A stretch of 64,000 bases of DNA from Aplysia californica (Eukaryota): NCBI RefSeq assembly GCF_000002075.1, contig NW_004797388.1:966448-1030447 (forward strand). The letters run 5' to 3'. The translations under genes were made by a program, and so were the position numbers. A model generated the notes under the pieces. It was given only the letters and a program-made list of their open reading frames with translations. It was not told the DNA's origin and made no database searches. Positions 50,900-63,151 of this stretch are shown here, in pieces; positions within the stretch are counted from its first letter, which is position 1; the number at the start of each line of letters is the position of its first letter.

Positions 50900-51410
50900 T
50901 GTCAATTCCTTTCAGTACGAGTGCTACATTGGGGAACTGACGACACAGTGTACACACTGCCTGGCCATAAGATTTTCATATGAAAAACAAGATATGTGCT
51001 GTAGCAATGGCAAAGTTGATCTGCATCCATTTCCAAAACCACCTCCTGAACTGCAAATCCTTCTGTCAGGTGTGTCGACACTGTCCTCTCACTTTCTGGA
51101 GAAAATCAGGCTGTACAACAATTGCTTTCAGCTCAAATCCATGGGCTATACCGATCCCTCAAAGGATGGAATCCACAGTTTCGCGTGCAGGGTCAAGTAT
51201 ATCATTGCATTGTCTCTCTCCTTCCTGCCACCCAAAATGCGCATTCATTTATATAAGTTTATTTCATGGAAAGTGATGCAGCCTCAGAGCGCAGAAACAG
51301 TCTTTTCCAAGTACTTGAGCCTGGGATCATTTCTGATCTTCAAACCATGTTGCAACGCCATAATTCGTATGTCATAATCTGAAATGTGCATATGAATTTG
51401 CACGCTCACA
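50900..51410 (+). pseudogene. Helitron RepHel N-terminal fragment
   Basis: IG....CTHCLA.RF..E...CCSNGKVDL..PPELQILL..HFLEKIRLYNNCFQLKSMG..LQTMLQRHNSYV. Confidence 0.85.
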
Positions 51411-52029
51411 TTTCGAATAGTCTGTAGAAGTGTCATGCAAAGTTTCGTGGGCCTTGGTTAATTTGTCAATGAGCCACAATTTTTGTAACGCTGTGAGAGG
51501 AAAGCGAACAAGCTATAGACACTGCCTCTGTGATTTTGAACACGTCGGTGTGTTCCTTTCTCAGTGTAGCAGCCCTTTCGTGGATTATTTTTTTCTTACT
51601 GCTTTTTGTGATGGTGTAAGGCGAAATCCGTATTTTGTGATTGTGGAGGACTTGGCAGCAATACACTAAAGCAATGTAGATCAAGAAAGGAGTTAATCAA
51701 GGCAGACTTAAACAAAAGCAATATAGATCTAGAAGCCAGATATGACTGTAAAATGTTAGACAGCAAGGTACATGTAAAATGCCAGTAGGAGCAGTGACGC
51801 CAAGGCGTCGACCCCGAGAAAGCTGGGTGCTCAGCTAGTATCATATAAAGCCTTTTAGACAAGAAATAGGACTTGTTTGCTCAGTTGATAATTAATATTT
51901 TGCTATGGAAAACGGCAGTGAAGTGGTATTCAATGCCAACATGGAAGTAGGACTAGACCTAGATATCTAGATCTAGATCTAGGCCTAGGTGCAAATGAAA
52001 CTGTAGATCTAGTCGATCTTCCACTTCAG

Positions 52030-55000
52030 CCAAAAGGTAAAAGAAAAAAAGACGAGCCCGTGGTGCTCTGCAGTGAACTGTTCAAACGCACGATATAATA
52101 GACCAGATCTTTCGTTTTTTCGGTTTCCTCCTAAGGATAAGGTGAGGTGCCAGAAGTGGGTGGTAAACTGCCGAAGAAAGGATTTGTTGGGCAGGTCATC
52201 AGAGTGTCTCTTTTCTAGTAACGTCCTTTGTTCTGAACACTTTAAGGACTCACAGTTCGCCATAACGAAAAAGAAAATCAGCTGAAGCGTTACAATACAG
52301 CAATACCAACGCGTTTCAACGTGCCCAATCCTCCACCTACTATAGAAGGAAATAGACCACCCCCAAGAAAAAGGACTATTGTGCTTACAAAATGTTCGAG
52401 CTCATCAACAATATGGGAGGAAATTTCTCAACCTCAAATACCAGTTTCACAGGTAAAAAAATAAAATTTTTCAAGAAAAACTTGGTACATTTGGAAATTA
52501 GATCTAGATATCTAGATCTAGATCTAGTTTTTAAAAGTATTTATACATAGATTTAAACAAAAATATCACCCAACCACTAGAGTCTACATTATTATGTTTG
52601 TTAACAATTAACAGCCTACAATTTTAAAAAGATGCTGAATTTCATTTGGTAAATCAAAATGTGATAGAAAGAATGTTACTGTAAGGGCTAAAGGGGGCAA
52701 GCTGTTAAATCAGTATAGGCCTACTATGTTAAATTCTGGAATACTCCTTCCTTTATTATGTAATTTTATCAATTATTAGTAAGAAATGAAACATGAACAA
52801 CAATTTTTAAAAACCAATAGCCTAATACTACTACTACTACTACTACTACTAATAATAATAATAATACACATAAATTAAAGAAAAACTTATGGGAAAAAAT
52901 CTACAAATCCTCTTTATCTTAATCTACCACTTAGAACCTAATTTATGCTGTGTGACTGAATGTAATGCATGTGTATGCTGGCCATAATAAGTTGATCAAA
53001 TGATCTTATTGAATCTGACAAAGAACATGAAGTTGTGCCTTGAAATATACTTGTCTGTAGCTTTTGTAGCTTATTTATTGCATACTTTTAATTATTTGCC
53101 ATGATGTAACTAGCCCACAGTGTTGTATCAAGTATAATTATTCTATTTCTATTAGGCTACCCAGCCCACTAGATCTGTGGAGATAGAGCATGAAACAATA
53201 AAACAGTTGAAGAAGAAAATTGTGTCACAGAAGAAAACAATCAAAAAACTAAAAGCAAGCCCATGAAAAGCTGCATCAAATCTACATTCAAAGAAAGAAA
53301 TAGAACTGATCAAAACTTTGGCAGCCAAATATCTACCTCCCAAGTCTCATGATTTTTTCAGCAAACAACTAGACATGACACAAATGAAAGGAAAGAAATG
53401 GAGGGCCACAGACAAAAGCAATGCGCTTTAATTGTATCATGCTTCTCCTAAAGCATACCGGCTACTCCAAAATCAATTTACATTACCATCTGTGAAAACT
53501 TTGAAAAGAACAATGCAAAAGATAGCAATATATCCAGGTTTTCCGGAAATCATTATTAAAGTTTCAAAGTTAAAGTTTCCCACATGGCTGAGAGAGACAG
53601 GCAATGCATTTTAATATTCGATGAAATGGTCCTCAAAAGTCAGCTGCATTACATGTATAACATTGAAAATGACTGCGTGGAAGATTTTGAAGATTTTGGC
53701 CTGATTGGGGGCTGACCATGCTACCGTGTTTTTAGCCAGAGGTTTGTTTTCCAAATGGAAGCAACCAATAGGGTACTTTCTGAGCAATTCAACTATGCAT
53801 TCTGAGATTCTTAAAGATTTGCTTCTTGAAGCTGTCGTTGTACTAAAGTCAATAGGTTTGAAAGTGAGAGCCGTGCTATGTGATCAGGGCTCCAACAACT
53901 GTGCAGTCTTTCGAAAGATGCAAGTCACCCGAGACAGACCCTTTTTTTATTATCAGGAAGATAAAATTCTAGTCATGTTCGACCCGCCTCACCTGCTTAA
54001 GAATATTAGGAATAACTTGTTGAAGCACGATTTTTTCAGCAATGACGGTGTCGTGTCCTGGCGTGTGGTCAGAGATTTCTACGAGAAGGACCAGACTTTT
54101 CAACTTAGGATGGCCCCAAAACTTACCCAAAAGCACATTGCTTTCCCCACATTTCTCATTTGAGGGTTAGTTTAGCAGCTCCAGTTCTGAGTCACAGTGT
54201 TGCTGCTGGGATAGCATTCCTCTGTCAAGTGAATGTGTTTCCTCCTGAGCACATGGCCACATCTATTTTCCTAGATAGATTTGACAGTCTTTTCAATGCT
54301 TTTAACGCAAATGGAAGCAAGTCATCTGCACCTTATAAGCATTCCATAACACCAATTTCATCCCACATTCCCTTTTTGAAAGACACCATTTGTTGGTTGA
54401 GGAAACTTGAATATGGCAATGAAGCATCCAAGAAGCCAGCAGAGACCCTTCCTTGCGTTAAAGGCTGGATACAAACGATTCAAGCCCTTTTAGTTTTAAT
54501 AGAGGAAACTGCTAAGGGGGACGTGAAGTTCTTACTCAGCAACAGGTTGAACCAGGACTGCGTAGAGAACTTTTTTGCAGGCATCAGAGGTAAAGGCGGC
54601 CATAGAGATAACCCTGACCCCCAAGAGTTCCGCATTGCTTTTCGCCAGATAATGGTTGATAAAGTCCTCCTGACCAGTCCTGGTATGAACTGTAAGGATG
54701 ATATTGATTACTTCCTACGCAGTTTTGCCTCCAGCACCCCAAATGTTATTCCACCTGTATTCTCAGAAGGCAGCGCACAAAATAAGGAGCAGCCACCAGT
54801 GACTAATCTCATCAAGTCACTAAAAGTAGAGAACCTGGTGCAGCTAGAAAATGTAGTCACATATATCAGTGGGTATTTGCTCAGGAAAGTTTCTCCACTT
54901 ATATGTGACCAGTGTAAGACTTTGCTAGAGGAAAAAGAAAACACACACGCCAGGCACCTGACTTTGATTAATAGCAAAGCGTATAAAACCATCACAAGTG

Positions 55001-55308
55001 ACGCCGGTCTTGTCAAGCCAAGTTTCCTGCTGGTAAAAGCTGTAGGTCTATTTGAAGCTACATTTCAAACGCATCTACAAACTACTTTGAGAAAAACAAA
55101 CATCAGACAGCACTTTAAAACGAAGCTTTTGAACCTCCCATGCTGTCAGCACCTGAAAAGTTCAAATTGCCACTGCCATACTGTTGACTACGAAGCAAGC
55201 TTGTTCCTCACAGTCAGAATCCACCATGAACTGAAACTTAGAAACACCGCACCGAAAAAGAAGCCACACAAACAAGTCCGGAAACTTAAGAAGCTCCAGC
55301 ACTGTTGA
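52030..55308 (+). pseudogene. P-element / THAP9-like transposase, degraded
   Basis: THAP domain CSAVNC..FFRFP..W..LCSEHF..AIPT. Intron 52453-53155 (GT-AG). IFDEM, KWKQPIGY, LCDQGSNN, FDPPHLLK, MAPKLT, RLNQDCVENFF, CDQC and RIHH. In-frame TGA and several frameshifts. Last 382 codons are open. Confidence 0.93.
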
Positions 55309-55643
55309 TATGAACCTAAAGGCAAACTGCTGAAACTGTATCTCCAGCAATTTAACGGTGAGTAAACAAGATTCTTCATTTGAGCCTTCGCCCTCACTAG
55401 ATATAATAATATAGTAAAAGTATTATAGTTTGTCGAACTGTACGCTCTTTGGCTCTTGGGGCTCAGTATTAGCCTAGATCTGATCTAGATCTAGATCTAG
55501 TCTAGATCTAGATCTAAATCTAGTCAAGATTCTAAATCTAGATCTATTACTCATTATAATGTAATTCTGTCTATCATATCTATCTATCCAGATTATCTAT
55601 CAATCTATCTACCTATCTATCTATCTATATCGCTCTCTCGCAG

Positions 55644-55906
55644 GTGGAAAAAGGGACCGTGTGCGTTATACATGAGGAGGAAGCTGTGGAAAAAGGGACC
55701 GTGTGTGTTATACATGAGGAGGAAGCTGTGGAAAAAGGGGCCGTGTGTGTTATACACGAGGAGGAAGCTGTGGAAAAATGGACTGTGTGTGTTATGCATG
55801 AGGAGGAAGCTAGGAAGCTGTGGAAAAAGGAACCGTGCGTGTTATACATGAGGAGGAGGCTGTGGAAAAAGGGACCGTGTGCGTTATACATGAGGAGGAA
55901 GCTGTG
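55644..55906. repeat. 42-bp minisatellite x6 (GTGGAAAAAGGGACCGTGTGTGTTATACATGAGGAGGAAGCT)
   Basis: Head-to-tail copies with an 8-bp duplication at ~55811. Confidence 0.95.
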
Positions 55907-57429
55907 ACTTCACTTACAGATACTCCATCGGTAGGAGGGAAAGAGACACATGGGCCGGAATCCAACGGTACAACATACTCAGTTTCTAATAGTGTTTTGA
56001 AACGCTCTCAGCAAGTGGATACACTGATTTTCTTCAATGCACGATCAACAGCAATCATCAACCGTCTCATGTGACCCCTAACTGTATCTACTTTAACTTT
56101 TGACTTAAGAATGACACCGAGAGCAAACATAGCATGATAATACTTTTTCTTGTGTTCAAAAAGCAAAAAGACAAGGCGACCATTTTTTGTGTGTGTCTGT
56201 TGCAGTTAAGGCACGTGTGTCATCCGAAAGAAGTGCTTTAAAATCAGCTAAAGACTTAGTTCTCACAGTTGCCATATTAGCTCAAAGTCACAAATTCTAC
56301 AAATATAATATTATTTTTGTAAGAGTTTATTGGTGTTCACAACTATAATATGTCACATGAGCACGAGGGACTCAAGTTGGTTGCTTTCACGTTTGTATGC
56401 ACGGCTTAGTTTTACTTTTTACAGTCGGAATAGTTACCAGTACCGATATGTGGATAATTAATCGATAAAAGAGGCTTTGGTTAACTTTTTGAAAGTTTTG
56501 TTTATTTTGACTCAAGTAGAGAGAAAACTAGATCTAATGCTATAACCATAAAGCAAGTTAAAATGGTGCAAAGTTCCTGTTTTTAAAAAAATTCAAGCAA
56601 GGACGGAAATAGAAAGAGTGGAAAGAAGTTAGAGAATCAAAATTTTAACAAATATTTTTTATAACTCAAAACCTAAGGAATGTCTTTCGAACTACAAAAA
56701 GCCAAAACCAAAACAGGTTACTGTAATTAATGTGGAACGGATTTATTTTAACTCTGGGACAATAATTTTTTTTTAAACTCAAAATAAAAGAAGTTTAAAA
56801 AATTGAAAAGTGAAGGAAAAAAAGAATAATTTTAATTCTAGCAGAATTAATATTTAAAAAACCACAACAACAACAGCAACAAACAAACAACGTAAACCAA
56901 AAACAAACTCAAACAAAACAGATTTTTACAATCTAAGCAACAGTCTGTTTTTTTTTCAGTGCAAACAAAACAGATGTTTTCTTCAAGTCAAAACAAATTC
57001 TTTTCGATTCCACCACAGCTTTTATCAACCGCAGCAAAAAGCCCCCATAACTTCTTAGAACTCAAACAAAACTACTTTAATTAACTCAATCGAAACAATG
57101 TTTTCCCTCAACACAAACAAAGCAGTTTTTTGTCAACTCCAAAAATATTTTTAACTCAACAAAATGAAACAATAATAAGAAAAAAAACACCAAAAAACAA
57201 CCGCAAAAATAAAAGCCTAACAAAACAAACTTTCCCAAGTAGACAAAGATTTTTCTTTCAACTCGAAAAGTTAGTATTTAGTAAATCCACGTGCAATAAA
57301 TGAAGAACTTGAAATTCTGACAAATTTAAAGTGAGGTTGCTGAAATAATAAAATATCAGATGGAATGCACAGGAAAATTAAATTTTCACTGCAGACAGAG
57401 CCCATTAAAAGTAACATTTGAACCTAATG

Positions 57430-57795
57430 GGGAAACATGGGCAGAGCTTCTGCATTTGAAATTTAAAAAAGAAAAATAGAGAAGAGCCCTTTTGCATTGG
57501 AAATTGGAAGAAAAAATTGAGCAGAGCCCTTCAGCATTTGAAACTGGAAACAAAATTGGGCAGAGTTCCGCTGCGGGCAGAGCCCTTTTGCATTTGAAAC
57601 TTTAAAAAAAACGACCAGAGCCCTTTTGCTTTAGAAACTGGAAAAAAAATTGGGCCGAGTTTCTGCTCCGGGCAGAGCCATTTTGCATTTGAAACTGAGA
57701 AAAAAAAAACGACCAGAGCCATTTTGCATTTGAAACTAAAAAAAAAAATTGGGCAGTTTCCACTGCGGACAGAGCCATTTTGCGCTTGAAACTAC
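57430..57795. repeat. Degenerate minisatellite (CAGAGCCCTTTTGCATTTGAAACT..A-run)
   Basis: About 8 variable-length units. Confidence 0.85.
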
Positions 57796-58128
57796 ACGGC
57801 CATTGTGAATTGTGGGAGTGAATTTATCAAGATCTAGAATTTAGATATTACTACATGTATTAGTCTAGATCCAGATCTCTTCTCTCCCCCCCCCCCCCCT
57901 CCCCCTCTTCGGGATCCAAAAATATGAATAAAAATATAAATAAAACTATAAAAAATATTAATAAAACGGCCTAATTTTGTCAATGTACAGAAATATATGC
58001 ATTGTTCTTCCCGCACAAGAAGAAAGGTGCATGAAACTGCTCTTCGCAGCACCAATTTGGTGCAAGCTAAAAGTTTGATCCAAGTTTCCGCTAGATCTAG
58101 CCTATCTACTACACTACGTGTATAGATC

Positions 58129-58335
58129 TAGTACTGTCAAAAATTCGTGGCGCAACTTATCCTCAAATATCTTTTTAACCGTAATCAATGTCACCTATAC
58201 TTTGCACAGCTATTTGTATCCATTTGTCTCAACGTAATCATATTTTTCCCACAACAACTGAGGCTAGATCTAGATTTTAAAAAATTTCTTCAATAATTTA
58301 TGTAAAATACTACAAATCTCCTTCACGCGGAAAAT
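58129..58335. mobile_element. 5' part of a second copy of the 8186-8800 MITE
   Basis: TAGTACTGTCAAAAATTCGTGGCGCAACTT and downstream similarity to 8186-8405. Continuation at 61571-61655. Confidence 0.7.
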
Positions 58336-59219
58336 AGATCTAGAGATCTAGAGTTAATCCTGTGGTGCGATATACCGTAAGCGATCTTTTGTGGTTATCT
58401 CTGGAAGTTACAGGTCGATCTTCATGATTTTTCTCACCAGAATTTGAAAGACTTCCTCTCTATATGGTGTAGCGCATTACTGTAATAGCAGTTTAAAATT
58501 TCTATATGTTGTGGTGGTGTTTGTTTAGTAACGTGTGTCTGGTTGATGCGCAAGGTTTGGTGCAACATATATCGTCTGGTTGAGTGCGCAATAGTACCAT
58601 GTTTACGGCTCTAGATTTAGATCTTCCTCTTTTCTGACACTTTTCATCTTTTTCTATCCTGGCATTGTCTTCTTTTCCATGCAAGAAGCTCCTGCACTGA
58701 CCGTAACGGAAGGCCAAGGTCAATGAGGCGTGTTCTTTTTGGGAGCTGTGCCCCCCTAACAGGAGATTTCCCTACACCGTGTGTATGTGTTTTGATAATG
58801 GATAAAAAGAAAGGTGCTGTGGACACAAGAAGGTGAAAGAAGAAAACAAGAATTAGACAATACCTAGACTAGTATTCTTAAAGGAAAAGGACAAAAAAGA
58901 AGAAGAAAAAGACATGAAGAGAAGAAACTGAACATTTTGGAGATTAAATTTTCATATCAATTAATTTTGACATGAATACATTAACTGATCATCTTCCAAT
59001 GGCAATATAAAGCATCCAAACGGAAGGAAAACAGCCTATTTCAGTGCACAATGCAGGTCATAAAGAAATAACTTAATAAGTAAAACTACCAAAGGGCGTA
59101 GAAGTAGAAGCCACACTATCAATGCCAAATAGCAAAAAAGCCGATATTGCGCACTGAAACGGACTACACAAATTTGGTCTGCTTCAGTGCGCAACCCTAT
59201 CTGGCATGTTCCTTAAGAA

Positions 59220-59719
59220 CAAAGATAGTACATAACAAGATGGGCCACTCAGCCAAAGAAGTGTCCGCTGGAAGTTCGCTCTTTGCTTCAGATGGCGCTG
59301 CAGTCTGTTTTGAAGCTCTCTTTCGTTTTTCCAGAAGAAGAATAGGAATAGCACCTCCTTGCGTGCGCAGATCGACTGCTGTTCATCAGAAGTTCGGGTT
59401 CGTTCAGTGTGGTGTTTTAGTTGGGTTTTTTTTATTTTAATGACCTCTCGCCTTTCATTCTAAAGTCAAATTAAACGAAGAAAACAATCACCCTTTCCTC
59501 CGGAAGAGGTTTTTTGTTAGCGTAACCATTTTAAAAAAGCGTTCTTCCGAAATCTATTCAAAAACTTGCTAGTTTCACTTTGATTTTTTAAAACTCAAGT
59601 AGGGTAACACAATTCTGAAAGGGTGCGCTTTTGCGAAGAGGGCGCCACCGAATTTTAAGGACACTTTTTTAATTGGCTCAAAAAGAGAAGTGGCCCCTCT
59701 TGTTTAAGTAGACTGTTTG
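59220..59719. mobile_element. P-superfamily-like MITE, copy 1
   Basis: Left TIR CAAAGATAGTACATAACAAGATGGG with a degenerate right TIR. 7-bp TSD TTAAGAA (59213-19, 59720-26). Confidence 0.85.
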
Positions 59720-59790
59720 TTAAGAAGCAGCCTGCGATAGCATTTATTGATTCTAGTATACATTCTACGATACATAAGAGCTAGATTAAC

Positions 59791-60284
59791 CAATGATAGT
59801 AAATAACAAGATGGGCCACTCAGCCAAAAAAGTGTCCGCAGGAAGTATGCTCTTTGCTTCAGATGGCGCTGCAGTCTGTTTTGAAGCTCTCTTTCGTTTT
59901 TCCAGAAGAAGAATAGGAATAGCACCTCCTTGCGTGCGCAGATCGACTGCTGTTCATCAGCAGTTCGGGTTCGTTCGGTACGGATTTTTAGTTTTTAAAA
60001 ATTTTAATGACCTCTTGCCTTTCATTCTAAAGTCAAATTAAACTAAGAAAACAATCACCCTTTCCTCCGGAAGAGGTTTTTTGTCAGCGTAACCATTAAA
60101 AAAAAGCGTTCTTCCGAAATCATTCAAAAACTTGCTAGTTTCACTTTGATTTTTTAAAACTCGAGTAGGATAACTCTGTTCGCTGAAGGTGCGCTTTTGC
60201 GAAGAGGGCGCCACCGAATTTTGCGGACACTTTTTTAATTGGCTCAAAGAGAGAAGTGACCCATCTTGTCTTGTACTATCTTTG
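59791..60284. mobile_element. P-superfamily-like MITE, copy 2
   Basis: CAATGATAGTAAATAACAAGATGGG / CCCATCTTGTCTTGTACTATCTTTG. 7-bp TSD GATTAAC (59784-90, 60285-91). Confidence 0.88.
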
Positions 60285-60925
60285 GATTAACTAGATGAGC
60301 TAAATAATCGACTACACAAGCGCTTAGTAAATTCACCGATACCGGTTACGAAAACCATCAATATGAAGGGGCAACAAAACTTTCCGACACCGTAGAATCA
60401 CGTGTGTTGACAGGAACTTCCAAAACGAAAGTAAAACAAGCTGCATTCTGCGCCTGCTCACAGAAAGTGACCTCGTTTTCGTTGTTCTTATCCAAAATAG
60501 ACTTGGGCAGAATTGAAAAAAATAGGACTTTCAAGTCTCAAGTCCTAACACCTTGAGACCCTCAAGTCTCAAGCCCAGTTTCAAGTCCAGGGGACATAAT
60601 AAAGTATACATGTAACAGGAATAGTCTCTTTGATAGTAAAGCCATCAGCATTACTTCCCTTTATCGTTATCATTATTTTCTTGTTCTCCAACCAACCACC
60701 TAGATCTAGATCTAGATCTAGATCTAGATTCTAGATCTATGTTGAGAACGTATGAAACATCTTTGTGATAGATCTACTTGTTTTGGTTGATTTTTTTTTT
60801 ATTGATTTTTTTTTTTCTTCGCTTGTTTGTTTTTTGTTCTGTTCTCTGTTGTATTAATAAACTCAGGAATTGCTTCAGCCTTGGATGGCAATGATGGCAT
60901 TGAAGCCTTATCCGGGCCTAGGCCT

Positions 60926-61079
60926 GCCTACCCCTTATCGAGGAAGTGGACTCAACCAATACGCCAAGGGCGAGCAAATCCTAGCAAGTAATAGGGGTGG
61001 TGCTGCCTACCCCTTATCGAAGAAATGGACTCAACCAATCCGCCTAGGACGAGCAAGTCCGAGCAAGTAGTAGGGGTGG
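60926..61079. repeat. Two tandem ~76-bp units with self-complementary ends
   Basis: GCCTACCCCTTATCGA..GGACTCAACCAAT..GAGCAA..TAGGGGTGG x2. Confidence 0.85.
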
Positions 61080-61439
61080 TAGGTGTATTTGAATTCAAAC
61101 AATCAAACTGAAAGCCCTAAATTAATCAGAAACATGCCAATTTTTAGCATTTCTTTAGACATTGGTTTACTGAGTCTTTACTCAATGTTTGTAGATCTAC
61201 TGTGCGTTAAAATAATTGTATTTCTTGATTGAGAGATAGATCTATTTTGCTAGGCCACGCAAGACTTGGACTTGCTCAGTTCTAAATATTTGGTCTCAAA
61301 CACTACTTGATGGGCACGAGAATTTCAAGTCTCAAGCAAAGATCTCAAGTCCAAGTCCAAGTCCTGCCCAGGCCTAATCCAAAACAAAGCAGGAGACCGG
61401 GGGTTGCGCCCCCAAACAGCAGCGCGGTGACACTGTTAG

Positions 61440-61570
61440 ACTTAGATCTAGATTTAGATCTAGATCTAGATTCTAGGTCTACATCTAGATCTACATCTAG
61501 ATCTAGATCTAGATCTAGATCTAGATCTAGACTCTAGATCTACATCTAGAATCTAGATTAGATCTAGAAT
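61440..61570. repeat. (AGATCT)n palindromic satellite (also 28908-28950, 29234-29350, 39640-39850, 55470-55545, 60700-60740)
   Basis: Seen directly. Confidence 0.95.
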
Positions 61571-61959
61571 TATTCATAGCACTTCCCGCTTCTCACACAA
61601 ATTTTGTATACGCATAGGGCCTCAGCTAGATCTAGGCCTAATCTATGACACTTTTTAATTAAAGATCTAGATATATCTAGATATAGATCTAGAGGCTAAT
61701 TACAAGAAGTTAATTTTATGGTGAAAATCTAGAATCTAGATAATCTGTAGGCACTAACCTGTTAGGTCTCTTGATGAGGTGTACCCAGAATGTGTTGTTC
61801 ACGGCGGGGCAGCTCAGGGGGAAGTGGCAAAGTGGCAAGTGGAGGTGGAGTTTCCCTCCAAAGTTAGGTAGATATAGATTCTACAGCTTCCGGGTCAGCT
61901 CTAGCAATCAGCAGTGGTGTGCATTCGGGTATTTCTTATTCAATAATTACATTACTACA

Positions 61960-62693
61960 TGACATCTTCGCCCCCTAGAACTATCTAGACCAGAAATTGA
62001 AACCCTGATAGAAGAGCATAGCAAACATGGAGATGCTGTGATCTTCACGGATGGATCAGTCAACAGAGGAGCCAAATTGGGCTGGGCCTTCAGTGTCCAA
62101 GTTGATGGGCTAGTAGTGAAAGAGCAAAGTGGAGCAACTGCACTGACAACATCAGGTATGTGTATGGAGATAAAAGCCATAAGTGATCAAGAACACAACA
62201 ACAGCGAGCAGTAATCATTACTGACTCAATGAGCACTCTACAGAAGGTACAGAAAGGGATGCTCTATGCGGACTGGAAGGCTACGATCAGGCAGTGCAGC
62301 CTTGAAAGTGTGGCCTGGATCATCTGCCCGGGCCACTCAGGGGTAACCGGCAACGAGAGAGTAGACAAGCTGGCTGGAGAAGCAAAAGTGAGAGGGAATT
62401 TGACACTGGACCCACCAACCGTCCTAACCGCTGTAAGGGAAAATTTGAGAAAGAATAGGGCGGATAGCGGTTTCCACACTCTAGGTAGATTGAAGGAGAA
62501 GGGGATCCAAAGAGGAGAGGAGAAACATAGCCATCTGGCGGAGCAGTCCGGCGGATCTCCAACCAGATTATGGTGGAGACTATAGGCAGACAGACTCTGG
62601 GATGGATCCTGTTGAGGGAGATAAACAGAGATAGACATGTTCCGACTGCAGTGACCCCAACACAGTGGGCAAGTAAGACAAGTAAGTAAGTAA
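61960..62693 (+). mobile_element. RNase H-bearing LINE (I/Nimb-like) 3' fragment
   Basis: VIFTDGSV..GW..EIKAI..IITDSMSTLQ..WIICPGHSGVTGNERVDKLA (RNase H), followed by a (AAGT)n tail at 62671-62693. Confidence 0.85.
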
Positions 62694-63151
62694 TCAAAGA
62701 TACTGTAACCTAGATCTAGAATAAAGATTCTACGAGTAAGGTAGGCTGGGATAATATGGTTTCAGCTGCGATAGGTCCTATCTCGACTAGAAAAAGATAA
62801 ACTGGTGCATTTGACGACATGAAAGGTAGATCTGGGAGTTCTAGATGTAAGTCTAAACTAGATCTAGACTAGAGATTCTATTTTTTCTCTTTATTTTACT
62901 GGATAGATCTAGCTAGACCTGGATCTGGAATCTAGGACTTATTAGACTAGTGTCGTAAGCCGTCGGTGCTCAGACCATATTAATCCCGTAGGCTAAGTTC
63001 TCAAATGTAGGTTAGGCCTTCATGTTGATCAAGATCTAGATTCTAGAAACACTTTAGTCTAGTCTAGATGCAATGGGTAAACGTGCAGTGTAGCGGTCTA
63101 TGCTGTTTACTGACTGCTAATCTAGGATTTTATTTATTTTCGATACTAACA

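Noticed and set aside
51430-51690. Possible minus-strand RT fragment (YGFR..LIDKL..DYSK)
   Set aside because: Too degenerate to call. If real, it would be an exception to the plus-strand bias of the right block.
54160-55308. Functional or domesticated THAP9 gene
   Set aside because: Upstream part has an in-frame TGA (~53264) and several frameshifts. The open 382-codon piece lacks the THAP domain and the first catalytic residues.
61307-61537. SR-rich / DL-repeat ORFs (also 39491-39682)
   Set aside because: Translations of (AGATCT)n.
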